DNA from: Malacoraja senta
Taxonomy: Eukaryota
Reading direction: 5' to 3'
Length of the DNA: 64,000 nt
Assembly (NCBI GenBank): GCA_038087875.1
Contig: JAXLNO010000584.1
Coordinates: forward strand, 1-64,000
Shown: positions 44,390 to 59,300 of the stretch, piece by piece
How the letters are laid out: the number at the start of each line of letters is the position of its first letter
Numbering within the stretch: position 1 is the first letter of the stretch
Notes under the pieces: generated by a model
Seen by the model: only the letters and a program-made list of their open reading frames with translations
What the model was told of the DNA's origin: nothing
Database searches by the model: none
Translations under genes and position numbers: made by a program

Positions 44390-47300
44390 CACTTGCCTAT
44401 GCATTTTCAAAGCAACCGCACTTGCCTTTGCATTTTCAAAGCAACCGCACTTGCCTTTGCATTTTCAAATCAAATGCACTTGCCTTTGCATTTTGAAAGC
44501 ACCCTCACTTGCCTTTGCATTTTCAAAGCAAACCACCTTTTGCATTTTCAAAGCAAACCATCATTTCCATTTTCAAAGCAAACAATCTATTGCATTTTCA
44601 AAGCAAACATTTTTGCATTTTCAAAGCAAACCACCTTTTGCATTATCAAAGCAAACGACCTGTTGCGTTTTCAAAGCAAAACACCCTTTCCATTTTCAAA
44701 GCAAACCACCATATGCATTTTCAAAGCAAACTTTTTTGCATTTTCAAAGCAAACCATCTTTTGCATTTTCTAAGCAAACCACATTATGCATTTTCAAAGC
44801 AAACCACCTTTTGCATTTTCAAAGCAACCCACCTTTGCATTTTCAAACCAAACCACCTTTTGCATTTTCAAAGCAAACCACCTTTTGCATTTTCAAAACA
44901 AACCACCTTCTGCATTTTAAAAACGAACCACCTTTTGTATTTTCAAAGCAACCCACTTTTTGCATTTTCAAAGCAAACCACCTTTTGCATATTCAAAGCA
45001 AACCACCCTTAGCATTTTCAAAGCAAACCATCTTTTGCATTTTCAAAACAAACCACCTTCTGCATTTTCAAAACGAACCACCCTTTCCATTTTCAAAGCA
45101 AACAACCTTTTGCATTTTCAAATCAAAACATTTTTCGCATTTTCAAAACAAACCACCTTTTGCATTTTCAAAGCAAACCACCTTTTGCATTTTCAAAGCA
45201 AAAAACACCTTTTCATTTTCAAAACAAACATCTTTTGCATTTTCAAAACAAACCACCTTTTGCATTATCAAAGCATACGACCTGTTGCATTTTCAAAGCA
45301 AAACACCTTTTCCATTTTCAAATCAAACCACCATTTGCATTCTCAAAGCAAACCTTTTTGTATATTCAAAGCAAACCATCTTTTGCATTTTCAAAGCAAA
45401 CCACCTTTTGCATTTTCAAAGCAAACCACATTTAGCATTTCCGAAGCAAACCACCTTTTGCATTTTCAAAACAAACCACCTTCTGCATTTTTAAAACAAA
45501 CGACCTTTTGCATTTTCAAAGCAAACCACCTTTTGCATTTTCAATGCAAACCAGCAAACCAACTTTTGCATTTTCAAAGCAAACCACCTTTTACATTTTC
45601 AAAGCAAACAACCTTTTGCATATTAAAAGCAAGCCACCTTTTGCATTTTCAAAGCAAACCACCTTTTGTATTTTCAAAGCAAACCTCCTTTTGCATTTTC
45701 AAAGCAAACCACTTTTTGCAATTTCAAAGCAAACCACCTTTTGCATTTTCAAAGCAAACCATCTTTTGCACTTTCAAAGCAAACGACCTTTTGCATTTTC
45801 AAAGCAGATCACCTTTTGCATTTTCAAAGCAAATGACCATTTGCATTTTCAAAGCAAACCACCTTTTGCATTTTCTAAGCAAACCACCTTTTAGCATTTT
45901 TATAGCAAACCACCTTTTGCATTTTCAAAGCAAACCACCTTTTGTATTTTCAAAGCAAATCACCTTTTGAATACTCAAAGCAAACCACCTTTGTATTTTC
46001 AAAGCAAACCACTTTTGCATTTTCAAAGCAAACCACTTTTTGCAATTTCAAAACAAGCCACCTTTTCCATTTTCAAAGCAAACCACCTTTTCCATTTTCA
46101 AAGCAAACCACATATTTGCATTTTCAAAGAAAACCACATGTAGCATTTTCAAAGGAAACCACCTTTTCCATTTTCAAAGCAAACCAGCTTTTGTATTTTC
46201 AAAGCAAATCTCCTTTTGCATTTTCTAAGCAAACCACCTTTTGCATTTTCAAAGCAAACCACCTTTTGCATTTTCAAAACCACCTTCTGGATTTTCAAAA
46301 CAAACCACCTTTTGCATTTTCAAAGCAAATCACGTTTTGCAATTTCAAAGCAAACCACCTTTTACATTTTCAAAGAAAACCACCTTCTGGATTTTCAAAA
46401 CAAACCACCTTTTGCATTTTCAAAGCAAACCACGTTTTCCAATTTCAAAGCAAACGACCTTTTGCATTTTCAAAGCAAACCACCTCTTTTCAAAGCAAAC
46501 CACCTTTTGCATTTTCAAAGCAAACCACCTTTAGCATTTTTAAAGCAAATCACCTTTTGCCTTTTCAAAGCAAACCACCTATTACATTTTAAAAGCAAAC
46601 CTTTTTGCATTTTCAAAGCAAACCACCTTTTGCATTTTCAAAGCAAACCACCTTTTAATTTTCAAAGCAGACCACCTTTTGCAATTTCAAAGCAAACGAC
46701 CTTTTGCATTTTCAAAGCAAACCTTTTTGCATTATCAAACCAATCCACGTTTTGCATTTTCAAAGCAAACCACCTTTTCAAAGCAAACCACCTTTTCAAA
46801 GCAAACCACCTTTTGCATTTTCAAGGCAAACCACCTTTTGCATTTTTGCAGCAAACCACCTTTTGCAATTTCAAAGCAAACCACCTTTTGCATTTTCAAA
46901 GCGAACCATTTTTGCATTTTCAAAGCAAACCACTTTTTGCATTTTCAAAGCAAACCACATTTAGCATTTTCAAAGCACATCACCTTTTCCATGTTCAAAG
47001 TAAACCACCTTTTGCATTTTCAAAGCAAACAACCTTTTCCATTTTCAAAGCAAACCACCATTTGCATTTTCAAAGCACATCACCTTTTCCATTTTCAAAG
47101 TAAACCTCCTTTTGCATTTTCCATGCAAACCAGCATACCACCTTTTGCATTTTCAAAGCAAACCACCTTTTGCATTTTCAAAGCAAACCACCATTTGCAT
47201 TTCCATTAAAAAGCAGCTTTTGCATTTTCAATGCAAACCAGCAAACCACCTTTTGCATTTTCAAAGCAAACGAACGTTTGCATTTTCAAAGCAAACAACC

Positions 47301-50300
47301 TTTTGCAATTTCAAAGCAAACCACCATTTGCCCTTCAAAGCAAACCACCATTTGCATTTTCAAAGCACATCACCTTTTCCATTTTCAAAGTTACCCACCT
47401 TTTGCATTTTCCATGCAAACCAGCAAACCAACTTTTGCAAATTCAAAGCAAACCACCTTTTTCATTTTCAAAGCAAACCACCTTTTGCATTTTCAAAGCA
47501 AACCACTTTTTCCATATTCAAAACAAACCATCTACTGCATTTTTAAAAGGAAACCACCTACAGCATTTTCAAGGCAAACCAGCTTTTGCATTTTCAAACC
47601 AAACCTCCTTTTGCATTTTTAAAGCAAACCACATTTTGCATTTTCAAAGCACCCCACCTTTTGCATTTTCAAAGCAAACCACCTTTTGCATTATCAATGC
47701 AAACCAGCGACCAACTTTTGCATTTTCAAAGCAAACCACCTTTAGCATTTTCAAAACAAACGACATTTTGCATTTTCAAAGCAAACCACATTTTGCATTT
47801 TCAGAGCAAATAGCCTTTTACCATGTTATAGCAAACCAGCTTTTGCATTTTCAAAGCAAACCACCATTTGCATTTTCAAAGCAAACCACCTTTTTCATTT
47901 TCAAAGCAAACGACCTTTAGCATTTTCAAAGCAAACCACCTTTTACATTTTCAAAGCAAACCACCTTTTCCATTTTCAAAGCAAACTATCTACTGCATTT
48001 TTAAAGCAAACCACCTTTTGCATTTTCAATTCAAACCAGCAAACCAACTTTTGCATTTTCAAATCAAACCACATTTTGCATTTTCAAAGCAATCCGCCTT
48101 TTGGCATTTCATAGCAAACCACCTTTTGCATTTTAAAAGCAAACCACCTTTTGCATTTGCAAAGCAAACCATTTTTTGCAATTTCAAAGCAAACCACCTT
48201 TTGCATTTTCAAAGCAAACCACCTTTTCCATTCTCAAAGCAAACAATCTACTGCATTTTTAAAGCAAACCTTTTTTGCAATTTCAAAGCAAACCACCTTT
48301 TGCATTTTCAAAGCAAACCACCTTTTCCATTCTCAAAGCAAACAATCTACTGCATTTTTAAAGCAAACCTTTTTGCATTTTCAAAGCAAAACACCTTTTC
48401 CATTTTCAAAGCAAACCACCTTTTGCATTTTCAAAGGAAACCACTTTTTGCATTTTCAAAGCAAACCAACTTTTGCATTTCCAAAGCAAACCACGTTTTG
48501 GCATTTTTATACCAAAACACATTTTGCATTTTCAAAACAAACCACCTTTTACATTTTTAAAGCAAACCTTTTTGCATTTTCAAAGCAAAACACCTTTTCC
48601 ATTTTCAAAGCAAACCACCTTTTGCATTTTTTAAGCAAACCTTTTTGCATTTTCAAAGCAAAACACCTTTTCCATTTTCAAAGCAAACCACCTTTTGCAT
48701 TTGCAAAGCAAACCATTTTTTGCAATTTCAAAGCAAACCACCTTTTGCATTTTCAAAGCAAACCACCTTTTCCATTTACAAAGCAAACCATAATTTGTAT
48801 TTTCAAAGCAAAGCAAACAACTTTTTTTGCAATTTCAAAGCAAACCATCTTTTGCATTTTCAAAGCAATCCACCTTTTTCCATTTTCAAAGCAAACCAAC
48901 TATAGCATTTTTAAAATCACACCACCTTTTTCATTTTCAAAGCAAACCTCTTTTGCATTTTCAAAGCAAACCACATTTAGATTTTCAAAGCACACCACCT
49001 TTGCATTTTCAAAGCAAACCACCTTTTGCATTTTCAATACAAACAAGCAAACCAACTTTTGCATTTTCTAAGCAAACCACCTTTTGCATTCTCAAAACAA
49101 ACGAACTTTAGCATTTTCAAAGCAAACCTTTTGGCATTTTTTTAATAGCAAACCACCATTTGCATTTTCAAAGCAAACCACCATTTGGATTTTCAAAGCA
49201 AACCACTTTTGCATTTTCAAAGCAAACCACAGTTAGCATTTTCAAAGCAAACCACCTTTTGCACTTTCAAAGCAAACGACCTTTTGCATTTTCAAAGCAA
49301 ACCACCTTTTCCATTTTAAAAGCAAACCACTTTTTGGCATTTTTATACCAAACCACCCTTTGCATTTTCAAAGCAAACCACCTTTTCCGTTTTCCAAGCA
49401 AACCACCTACTACATTTTCAAAGCAAACCAACTTTTGCATTTTCAAAGCAGACCACCTTTTGCATTTTCAAAGGAAACACCTTTTCCATTTTCAAATCAA
49501 ATCACCATTTGCATTTTCAAAGCAAACCTTTTTGCATTATCAAACCAATCCACCTTTTGTATTTTCAAAGCAAACACCTTTTCAAAGCAAACCACCTTTT
49601 CAAAGCGAACCATTTTTGCATTTTCAAAGCAAACCACTTTTTGCATTTTCAAAGCAAACCACATTTAGCATTTTCAAAGCACATCACCTTTTCCATGTTC
49701 AAAGTAAACCACCTTTTGCATTTTCAAAGCAAACAACCTTTTCCATTTTCAAAGCAAACCACCATTTGCATTTTCAAAGCACATCACCTTTTCCATTTTC
49801 AAAGTAAACCTCCTTTTGCATTTTCCATGCAAACCAGCATACCACCTTTTGCATTTTCAAAGCAAACCACCTTTTGCATTTTCAAAGCAAACCACCTTTT
49901 GCATTTTCAAAGCATACCATCTTTTGCATTTTCAAAGCATACCATCTTTTGCATTTTCAAAGCAAACCACCATTTGCATTTCCATTAAAAAGCAGCTTTT
50001 GCATTTTCAATGCAAACCAGCAAACCACCTTTTGCATTTTCAAAGCAAACGAACGTTTGCATTTTCAAAGCAAACAACCTTTTGCAATTTCAAAGCAAAC
50101 CACCATTTGCCCTTCAAAGCAAACCACCATTTGCATTTTCAAAGCACATCACCTTTTCCATTTTCAAAGTTACCCACCTTTTGCATTTTCCATGCAAACC
50201 AGCAAACCAACTTTTGCAAATTCAAAGCAAACCACCTTTTTCATTTTCAAAGCAAACCACCTTTTGCATTTTCAAAGCAAACCACTTTTTCCATATTCAA

Positions 50301-53300
50301 AACAAACCATCTACTGCATTTTTAAAAGGAAACCACCTACAGCATTTTCAAGGCAAACCAGCTTTTGCATTTTCAAACCAAACCTCCTTTTGCATTTTTA
50401 AAGCAAACCACATTTTGCATTTTCAAAGCACCCCACCTTTTGCATTTTCAAAGCAAACCACCTTTTGCATTATCAATGCAAACCAGCGACCAACTTTTGC
50501 ATTTTCAAAGCAAACCACCTTTAGCATTTTCAAAACAAACGACATTTTGCATTTTCAAAGCAAACCACATTTTGCATTTTCAGAGCAAATAGCCTTTTAC
50601 CATGTTATAGCAAACCAGCTTTTGCATTTTCAAAGCAAACCACCATTTGCATTTTCAAAGCAAACCACCTTTTTCATTTTCAAAGCAAACGACCTTTAGC
50701 ATTTTCAAAGCAAACCACCTTTTACATTTTCAAAGCAAACCACCTTTTCCATTTTCAAAGCAAACTATCTACTGCATTTTTAAAGCAAACCACCTTTTGC
50801 ATTTTCAATTCAAACCAGCAAACCAACTTTTGCATTTTCAAATCAAACCACATTTTGCATTTTCAAAGCAATCCGCCTTTTGGCATTTCATAGCAAACCA
50901 CCTTTTGCATTTTAAAAGCAAACCACCTTTTGCATTTGCAAAGCAAACCATTTTTTGCAATTTCAATGCAAACCACCTTTTGCATTTTCAAAGCAAACCA
51001 CCTTTTCCATTCTCAAAGCAAACAATCTACTGCATTTTTAAAGCAAACCTTTTTGCATTTTCAAAGCAAAACACCTTTTCCATTTTCAAAGCAAACCAAC
51101 TTTTGCATTTCCAAAGCAAACCACGTTTTGGCATTTTTATACCAAAACACATTTTGCATTTTCAAAACAAACCACCTTTTACATTTTTAAAGCAAAGCTT
51201 TTTGCATTTTCAAAGCAAAACACCTTTTCCATTTTCAAAGCAAACCACCTTTTGCATTTTTTAAGCAAACCTTTTTGCATTTTCAAAGCAAAACACCTTT
51301 TCCATTTTCAAAGCAAACCACCTTTTGCATTTGCAAAGCAAACCATTTTTTGCAATTTCAAAGCAAACCACCTTTTGCATTTTCAAAGCAAACCACCTTT
51401 TCCATTTACAAAGCAAACCATAATTTGTATTTTCAAAGCAAAGCAAACAACTTTTTTTGCAATTTCAAAGCAAACCATCTTTTGCATTTTCAAAGCAATC
51501 CACCTTTTTCCATTTTCAAAGCAAACCAACTATACCATTTTTAAAATCACACCACCTTTTTCATTTTCAAAGCAAACCTCTTTTGCATTTTCAAAGCAAA
51601 CCACATTTTGATTTTCAAAGCACACCACCTTTGCATTTTCAAAGCAAACCACCTTTTGCATTTTCAATACAAACAAGCAAACCAACTTTTGCATTTTCTA
51701 AGCAAACCACCTTTTGCATTCTCAAAACAAACGAACTTTAGCATTTTCAAAGCAAACCTTTTGGCATTTTTTTAATAGCAAACCACCATTTGCATTTTCA
51801 AAGCAAACCACCATTTGGATTTTCAAAGCAAACCACTTTTGCATTTTCAAAGCAAACCACAGTTAGCATTTTCAAAGCAAACCACCTTTTGCACTTTCAA
51901 AGCAAACGACCTTTTGCATTTTCAAAGCAAACCACCTTTTCCATTTTAAAAGCAAACCACTTTTTGGCATTTTTATACCAAACCACCCTTTGCATTTTCA
52001 AAGCAAACCACCTTTTCCGTTTTCCAAGCAAACCACCTACTACATTTTCAAAGCAAACCAACTTTTGCATTTTCAAAGCAGACCACCTTTTGCATTTTCA
52101 AAGGAAACACCTTTTCCATTTTCAAATCAAATCACCATTTGCATTTTCAAAGCAAACCTTTTTGCATTATCAAACCAATCCACCTTTTGTATTTTCAAAG
52201 CAAACACCTTTTCAAAGCAAACCACCTTTTCAAAGCAAACCACCTTTTGCATTTTCAAGGCAAACCACCTTTTGCATTTTTACAGAAAACCACCTTTTGC
52301 AATTTCAAAGCAAACCACCTTTTGCATTTTCAAAGCGAACCATTTTTGCATTTTCAAAGCAAACCTCTTTTTGCATTTTCAAAGCAAACCACATTTAGCA
52401 TTTTCAAAGCAAACCACCTTTTGCACTTTCAACGCAAACGAACTTTTGCATTTTCAAAGGAAACAATCTGTTCCATTTTCAAAGCAAACCTTCAAGATGG
52501 CGGATGTGCAGGAGTGGGCGCCGTTTGTATGGCAGCCTGCCTGCAGTCCATCGTCTAACTCTTTTATTGTTTGAATATTTTTTATTTTTTATTATTTGGA
52601 GTCTATTCTTCTATGTGGGGGGGGACTGTTTTAACCCCAGTCCTACCTGGTCGGAGATGCGGTTTTCCTCCGAATCGCGTCTCCGGTCTCCCCATGCGGC
52701 CTTCCATCGGGCTGGAGCGGCGTTTCCTGCCGGGGACCACAGCTTCGGCGGCACAGCGCTGGGACATCAGCAGGGAGCGGGCGATGCCTTGTCGGGTCGC
52801 CGCTCCGGAGTGCTGTGACCGCCGACCACCAACATCGAGCAGCCGTGGTCTGCGGTCTGCGGTTTGAGGGCATCCCGCCACGGGCGGGCGGCGCTGGATC
52901 AAAAACACCGCGGAGTCGAAGCTCCAACCGGCGCGGCCTGAAGTCCGCGGGCGTCGCAGTCTCCGGGGAAGGAGCGGCCGCTCCAGACAATTCCAAGCTG
53001 CTGAGGACCTTTCCACCCGATGCGGGTGGGCAAACAACATCGGGCTGCCGTTGCGGCGACTGGCTGCAGTGGCCTCAGACTTGCCCCGACCTCGGGTGGA
53101 CTAGGAGGAGGAGGAGGACTGGACATTTTAGTGCCTTCCCTCACAGTGGAGAGTGTAGATTCTACTGTGGGGGGATGTTTGTGTTTGTGTAAAATTTCTT
53201 ATAGTGTGTTGTCATTTTTTCTATCTCTTTTTATCATTTGTTTGGTTAGTAACTGTAAAGCACTTTGGCTTTTGAGTTAAATCGATTGGAAAATGTGCTA

Positions 53301-56300
53301 TATAAATAAACTTATTATTATTATTATTATTATTATTTAACATTTTCAAAGCACATCACCTTTTCCATGTTCAAAGTAAACCACCTTTTGCATTTTCAAA
53401 GCAAACAACCTTTTCCATTTTCAAAGCAAACCACCATTTACATTTTCAAAGCACATCACCTTTTCCATTTTCAAACTAAACCTCCTTTTGCATTTTCCAT
53501 GCAAACCAGCAAACCACCTTTTGCATTTTCAAAGCAAACCACCTTTTGCATTTTCAAAACAAACCACCTTTTTGCATTTTCAAAGCATACCATCTTTTGC
53601 ATTTTCAAAGCATACCATCTTTTGCTTTTTCAAAGCAAACCACCATTTGCATTTCCATTAAAAAGCAGCTTTTGCATTTTCAATGCAAACCAGCAAACCA
53701 CCTTTTGCATTTTCAAAGCAAACGAACTTTTGCATTTTCAAAGCAAACAACCTTTTGCAATTTCAAAGCAAACCACCATTTGCCCTTCAAAGCAAACCAC
53801 CATTTGCATTTTCAAAGCACATCACCTTTTCCATTTTCAAAGTAACCCACCTTTTGCATTTTCCATGCAAACGAGCAAACCAACTTTTGCAAATTCAAAG
53901 CATACCACCTTTTTCATGTGCAAAGCAAACCACCTTTTGCATTTTCAAAGCAAACCACTTTTTCCATATTCAAAACAAACCATCTACTGCATTTTTAAAG
54001 GAAACCACCTACAGCATTTTCAAGGCAAAACATCTTTTGCATTTTCAAACCAAACCTCCTTTTGCATTTTTAAAGCAAACCACATTTTGCATTTCCAAAG
54101 CACCCCACCTTTTGCATTTTCAAAGCAAACCACCTTTTGCATTTTCAATGCAAACCAGCGACCAACTTTTGCATTTTCAAAGCAAACCACCTTTAGCTTT
54201 TTCAAAACAAACCACATTTTGCATTTTCAGAGCAAACCGCCTTTTGGCATGTTATAGCAAACCACATTTTGCATTTTCAAAGCAAACCACATTTTGCATT
54301 TTCAGAGCAAATAGCCTTTTGGCATGTTATAGCAAACCACCTTTTGCATTTTCAAAGCAAACCACCATTTGCATTTTCAAAGCAAACCACCTTTTTCATT
54401 TTCAAAGCAAACGACCTTTTGCATTTTCAAAGCAAACCACCTTTTACATTTTCAAAGCAAACCACCTTTTCCATTTTCAAAGCAAACCATCTACTGCATT
54501 TTTAAAGCAAACCACCTTTTGCATTTTCAAAGCACACCACATTTTGCATTTTCAAATCAAACCACCTTTAGCATTTTCAATGCAAACCAGCAAACCAACT
54601 TTTGCATTTTCAAATTAAACCACCTTTTGCATTTTCAAAACAAACGACATTTTGCATTTTCAAAGCAAACCACATTTTGCATTTTCAAAGCAATCCGCCT
54701 TTTGGCATTTTATAGCAAACCACCGTTTGCATTTTTAAAGCAAACCACCATTTCCATTTTCAAAGCTAACCACTTTTTGCAATTTCAAAGCAAACCACCT
54801 TTTGCATTTTTAATGCAAACCACCTTTTGCATTTTAAAAGCAAACCACCTTTTGCATTTTCAAAGCAAACCAACTTTTGCATTTCCAAAGCAAACCACGT
54901 TTTGGCATTTTTATACCAAACCACCTTTTGCATTTTCAAAACAAACCACCTTTTACATTTTCAAAGCAAACCACCATTTGCATTTTTAAAGCAAACCACC
55001 TTTTGCATTTTAAAAGCAAACCACCTTTTGCATTTGCAAAGCAAACCATTTTTTGCAATTTCAAAGCAAACCACCTTTTGCATTTTCAAAGCAAACCACC
55101 TTTTCCATTTTCAAAGCAAACAATCTACTGCATTTTTAAAGCAAACCTTTTTCCATTTTCAAAGCAAAAGACCTTTTCCATTTCAAAGCAAACCACTTTT
55201 TGCATTTTCAAAGCAAACCACCTTTTGCATTTTCAAAGCAAACCACCTTTTGCATTTTCAAAGCAAACCACCTTTTGCATTTTTAAAGCAAACCACCTTT
55301 TGCATTTTCAAAGCACACCACCTTTTGCATTTTCAAAGCAAACCACCGTTTGCATTTTCAATGCAAACCAGCAAACCAACTTTTGCATTTTCATAGCAAA
55401 CCTCCTTTTGCATTTTCAAAACAAACGACATTTTGCATTTTCAAAGCAAACCACCATTTGCATTTTCAAAGCAAACCACATTTTGCAATTTCAAAGCAAA
55501 CCGCCTTTTGCATTTTCAATCCAAACCACATTTTGCATTTTAAAAGCAAGCCACCTTTTGCATTTTCAAAGCAAACCACCTTTTGCATTTTTAAAGCAAA
55601 CCACCTTTTGCTTTTTCAAAGCAAACCACCATTTGCCCTTCAAAGCAAACAACTATTTGTATTTTCAAAGCAAACCTTTTGCATTTTCAAAGTAAACCCT
55701 TTGCATTTTCAAAGCAAACTTTTGCATTTCCAAAGCAAACTACATTTTTCATTTTCAAAGCAAACCACCTTTTGCATTTTCAAAGCAAATCACCTTTGGC
55801 AATTTTCAAAGAAAACCACATTTTGCATTTTCACAGCAAACAACCTGTTCCATTTTCAAAGCAAACCTCCTTTTGCATTTTTAAAGCAACCAACCTTTTG
55901 CATTTTCAAAGCACCCCACCATTTGCATTTTCAAAACAAACCACCTTTTGCATTTTCAAAGCAAACCGCCTTTTGCAATTTCAAACCAAGCCACCTTTTG
56001 CATTTTCAAAGCAAACCACTATTTGCATTTTCAAAGCAAACCACCATTGCTTTTTCAAAGCCCACCACCTTTTGCCTTTTCAAAGTAAACCACCTTTTGC
56101 ATTTTCAATGCAAAGCAGCAAACCACCTTTTGCATTTTCAAAGCAAACGACCTTTTGCATTTTTAAAGCAAACCACCTTTTGCATTTTCAAAGCAAACCA
56201 CCTTTTGCATTTTCAAAGCAAACCACCTTTTGAATTTACGAAGCAATCCACCTTTGGAATTTTCAAAGCAAACCACCTTTTGCATTTTCAAAACAAACCA

Positions 56301-59300
56301 CCTTCTGCATTTTCAAAGCAAACGACCGTTTCCATTTTCAAAGCAAACCACCCTTTGCATTTTCAAAGCAAACCACTTTTTGGCATTTTTATACCGAACC
56401 ACCCTTTGCATTTTCAAAGCAAACCACCTTTTTCATTTTCAAAGCAAACCACCTATTACATTTTAAAAGCAAACCTTTTTGCATTTTCAAAGCAAACCAC
56501 CTTTTGCATTTTCAAAGCAAACCACCTTTTAATTTTCAAAGCAGACCACCTTTTGCAATTTCAAAGCAAACGACCTTTTGCATTTTCAAAGCAAACCTTT
56601 TTGCATTATCAAACCAATCCACCTTTTGCATTTTCAAAGCAAACCACCTTTTCAAAGCAAACCACCTTTTCAAAGCAAACCACCTTTTGCATTTTCAAGG
56701 CAAACCACCTTTTGCATTTTTGCAGCAAACCACCTTTTGCAATTTCAAAGCAAACCACCTTTTGCATTTTCAAAGCGAACCATATTTGCATTTTCAAAGC
56801 AAACCACTTTTTGCATTTTCAAAGCAAACCACATTTAGCATTTTCAAAGCACATCACCTTTTCCATGTTCAAAGTAAACCACCTTTTGCATTTTCAAAGC
56901 AAACAACCTTTTCCATTTCAAAGCAAACCACCATTTGCATTTTCAAAGCACATCACCTTTTCCATTTTCAAAGTAAACCTCCTTTTGCATTTTCCATGCA
57001 AACCAGCATACCACCTTTTGCATTTTCGAAGCAAACCACCTTTTGCATTTTCCAAGCAAACCACCTTTTGCATTTTCAAAGCATACCATCTTTTGCATTT
57101 TCAAAGCATACCATCTTTTGCATTTTCAAAGCAAACCACCATTTGCATTTCCATTAAAAAGCAGCTTTTGCATTTTCAATGCAAACCAGCAAACCACCTT
57201 TTGCATTTTCAAAGCAAACGAACGTTTGCATTTTCAAAGCAAACAACCTTTTGCAATTTCAAAGCAAACCACCATTTGCCCTTCAAAGCAAACCACCATT
57301 TGCATTTTCAAAGCACATCACCTTTTCCATTTTCAAAGTTACCCACCTTTTGCATTTTCCATGCAAACCAGCAAACCAACTTTTGCAAATTCAAAGCAAA
57401 CCACCTTTTTCATTTTCAAAGCAAACCACCTTTTGCATTTTCAAAGCAAACCACTTTTTCCATATTCAAAACAAACCATCTACTGCATTTTTTAAAAGGA
57501 AACCACCTACAGCATTTTCAAGTTAAACCAGCTTTTGCATTTTCAAACCAAACCTCCTTTTGCATTTTTAAAGCAAACCACATTTTGCATTTTCAAAGCA
57601 CCCCACCTTTTGCATTTTCAAAGCAAACCACCTTTTGCATTATCAATGCAAACCAGCGACCAACTTTTGCATTTTCAAAGCAAACCACCTTTAGCATTTT
57701 CAAAACAAACGACATTTTGCATTTTCAAAGCAAACCACATTTTGCAATTTCAGAGCAAACTGCCTTTTGGCATGTTATAGCAAACCACATTTTGCATTTT
57801 CAAAGCAAACCACATTTTGCATTTTCAGAGCAAATAGCCTTTTACCATGTTATAGCAAACCAGCTTTTGCATTTTCAAACCAAACCACCATTTCCATTTT
57901 CAAAGCAAACCACCTTTTTTCATTTTCAAAGCAAACGACCTTTTGCATTTTCAAAGCAAACCATCTTTTACATTTTCAAAGCAAACCACCTTTTCCATTT
58001 TCAAAGCAAACTATCTACTGCATTTTTAAAGCAAACCACCTTTTGCATTTTCAATGCAAACCAGCAAACCAACTTTTGCATTTTCAAATCAAACCACATT
58101 TTGCATTTTCAAAGCAATCCGCCTTTTGGCATTTTATAGCAAACCACCTTTTGCATTTTTAAAACAAACCACCTTTTCCGTTATCCAAGCAAACCACCTA
58201 CTACATTTTCAAAGCAAACCAACTTTTGCATTTTCAAAGCAGACCACCTTTTGCATTTTCAAAGGAAACACCTTTTCCATTTTCAAAGCAAATCACCATT
58301 TGCATTTTCAAATCAAACCACATTTTGCATTTTCAAAGCAATCCGCCTTTTGGCATTTTATAGCAAACCACCTTTTGCATTTTTAAAGCAAACCACCATT
58401 TCCATTTTCAAAGCTAACCACTTTTTGCAATTTTAAAGCAAACCACCTTTTGCATTTTTAATGCAAACCACCTTTTGCATTTTAAAAGCAAACCACCTTT
58501 TGCATTTTCAAAGCAAACCAACTTTTGCATTTCCAAAGCAAACCACGTTTTGGCATTTTTATACCAAAACACCTTTTGCATTTTCAAAACAAACCACCTT
58601 TTACATTTTCAAAGCAAACCACCATTTGCATTTTTAAAGCAAACCACCTTTTGCATTTTCAAAGCAAACCACCTTTTCCATTCTCAAAGCAAACAATCTA
58701 CTGCATTTTTAAAGCAAACCTTTTTGCATTTTCAAAGCAAAACACCTTTTCCATTTTCAAAGCAAACCACCTTTTGCATTTTCAAAGCAAACCACCTTTT
58801 GGCATTTTGATACCAAACCACCTTTTCCATTTACAAAGCAAACCATAATTTGTATTTTCAAAGCAAAGCAAACAACTTTTTTTGCAATTTCAAAGCAAAC
58901 CATCTTTTGCATTCTCAAAGCAATCCACCTTTTTCCATTTTCAAAGCAAACCATCTACTGCATTTTTAAAGCAAACCTTTTTGCATTTTCAAAGCAAACC
59001 ATCTGTTGAATTTTTAAAGCAAACCACTTTTTGCATTTTCAAAGCAAACCAACTTTTGCATTTTCAAAGCAAACCACTTTTTGCATTTTCAAAGCAAACC
59101 AACTATAGCATTTTTAAAATCACACCACCTTTTTCATTTTCAAAGCAAACCTCTTTTGCATTTTCAAAGCAAACCACATTTTGATTTTCAAAGCACACCA
59201 CCTTTGTATTTTCAAAGCAAACCACCTTTTGCATTTTCAATACAAACAAGCAAACCAACTTTTGCATTTTCTAAGCAAACCACCTTTTGCATTCTCAAAA

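Noticed and set aside
52504..53280. Overlapping ORFs in the GC-rich insert
   Set aside because: Expected by chance in GC-rich DNA; no motif similarity to RT or any known protein.
55350..58139. 929-aa ORF and hundreds of similar KANHLLHFQSKPPFAFSKQTTFCIF ORFs
   Set aside because: The 25-bp consensus has no stop codon on one strand and cycles through all three frames; these are satellite translations.
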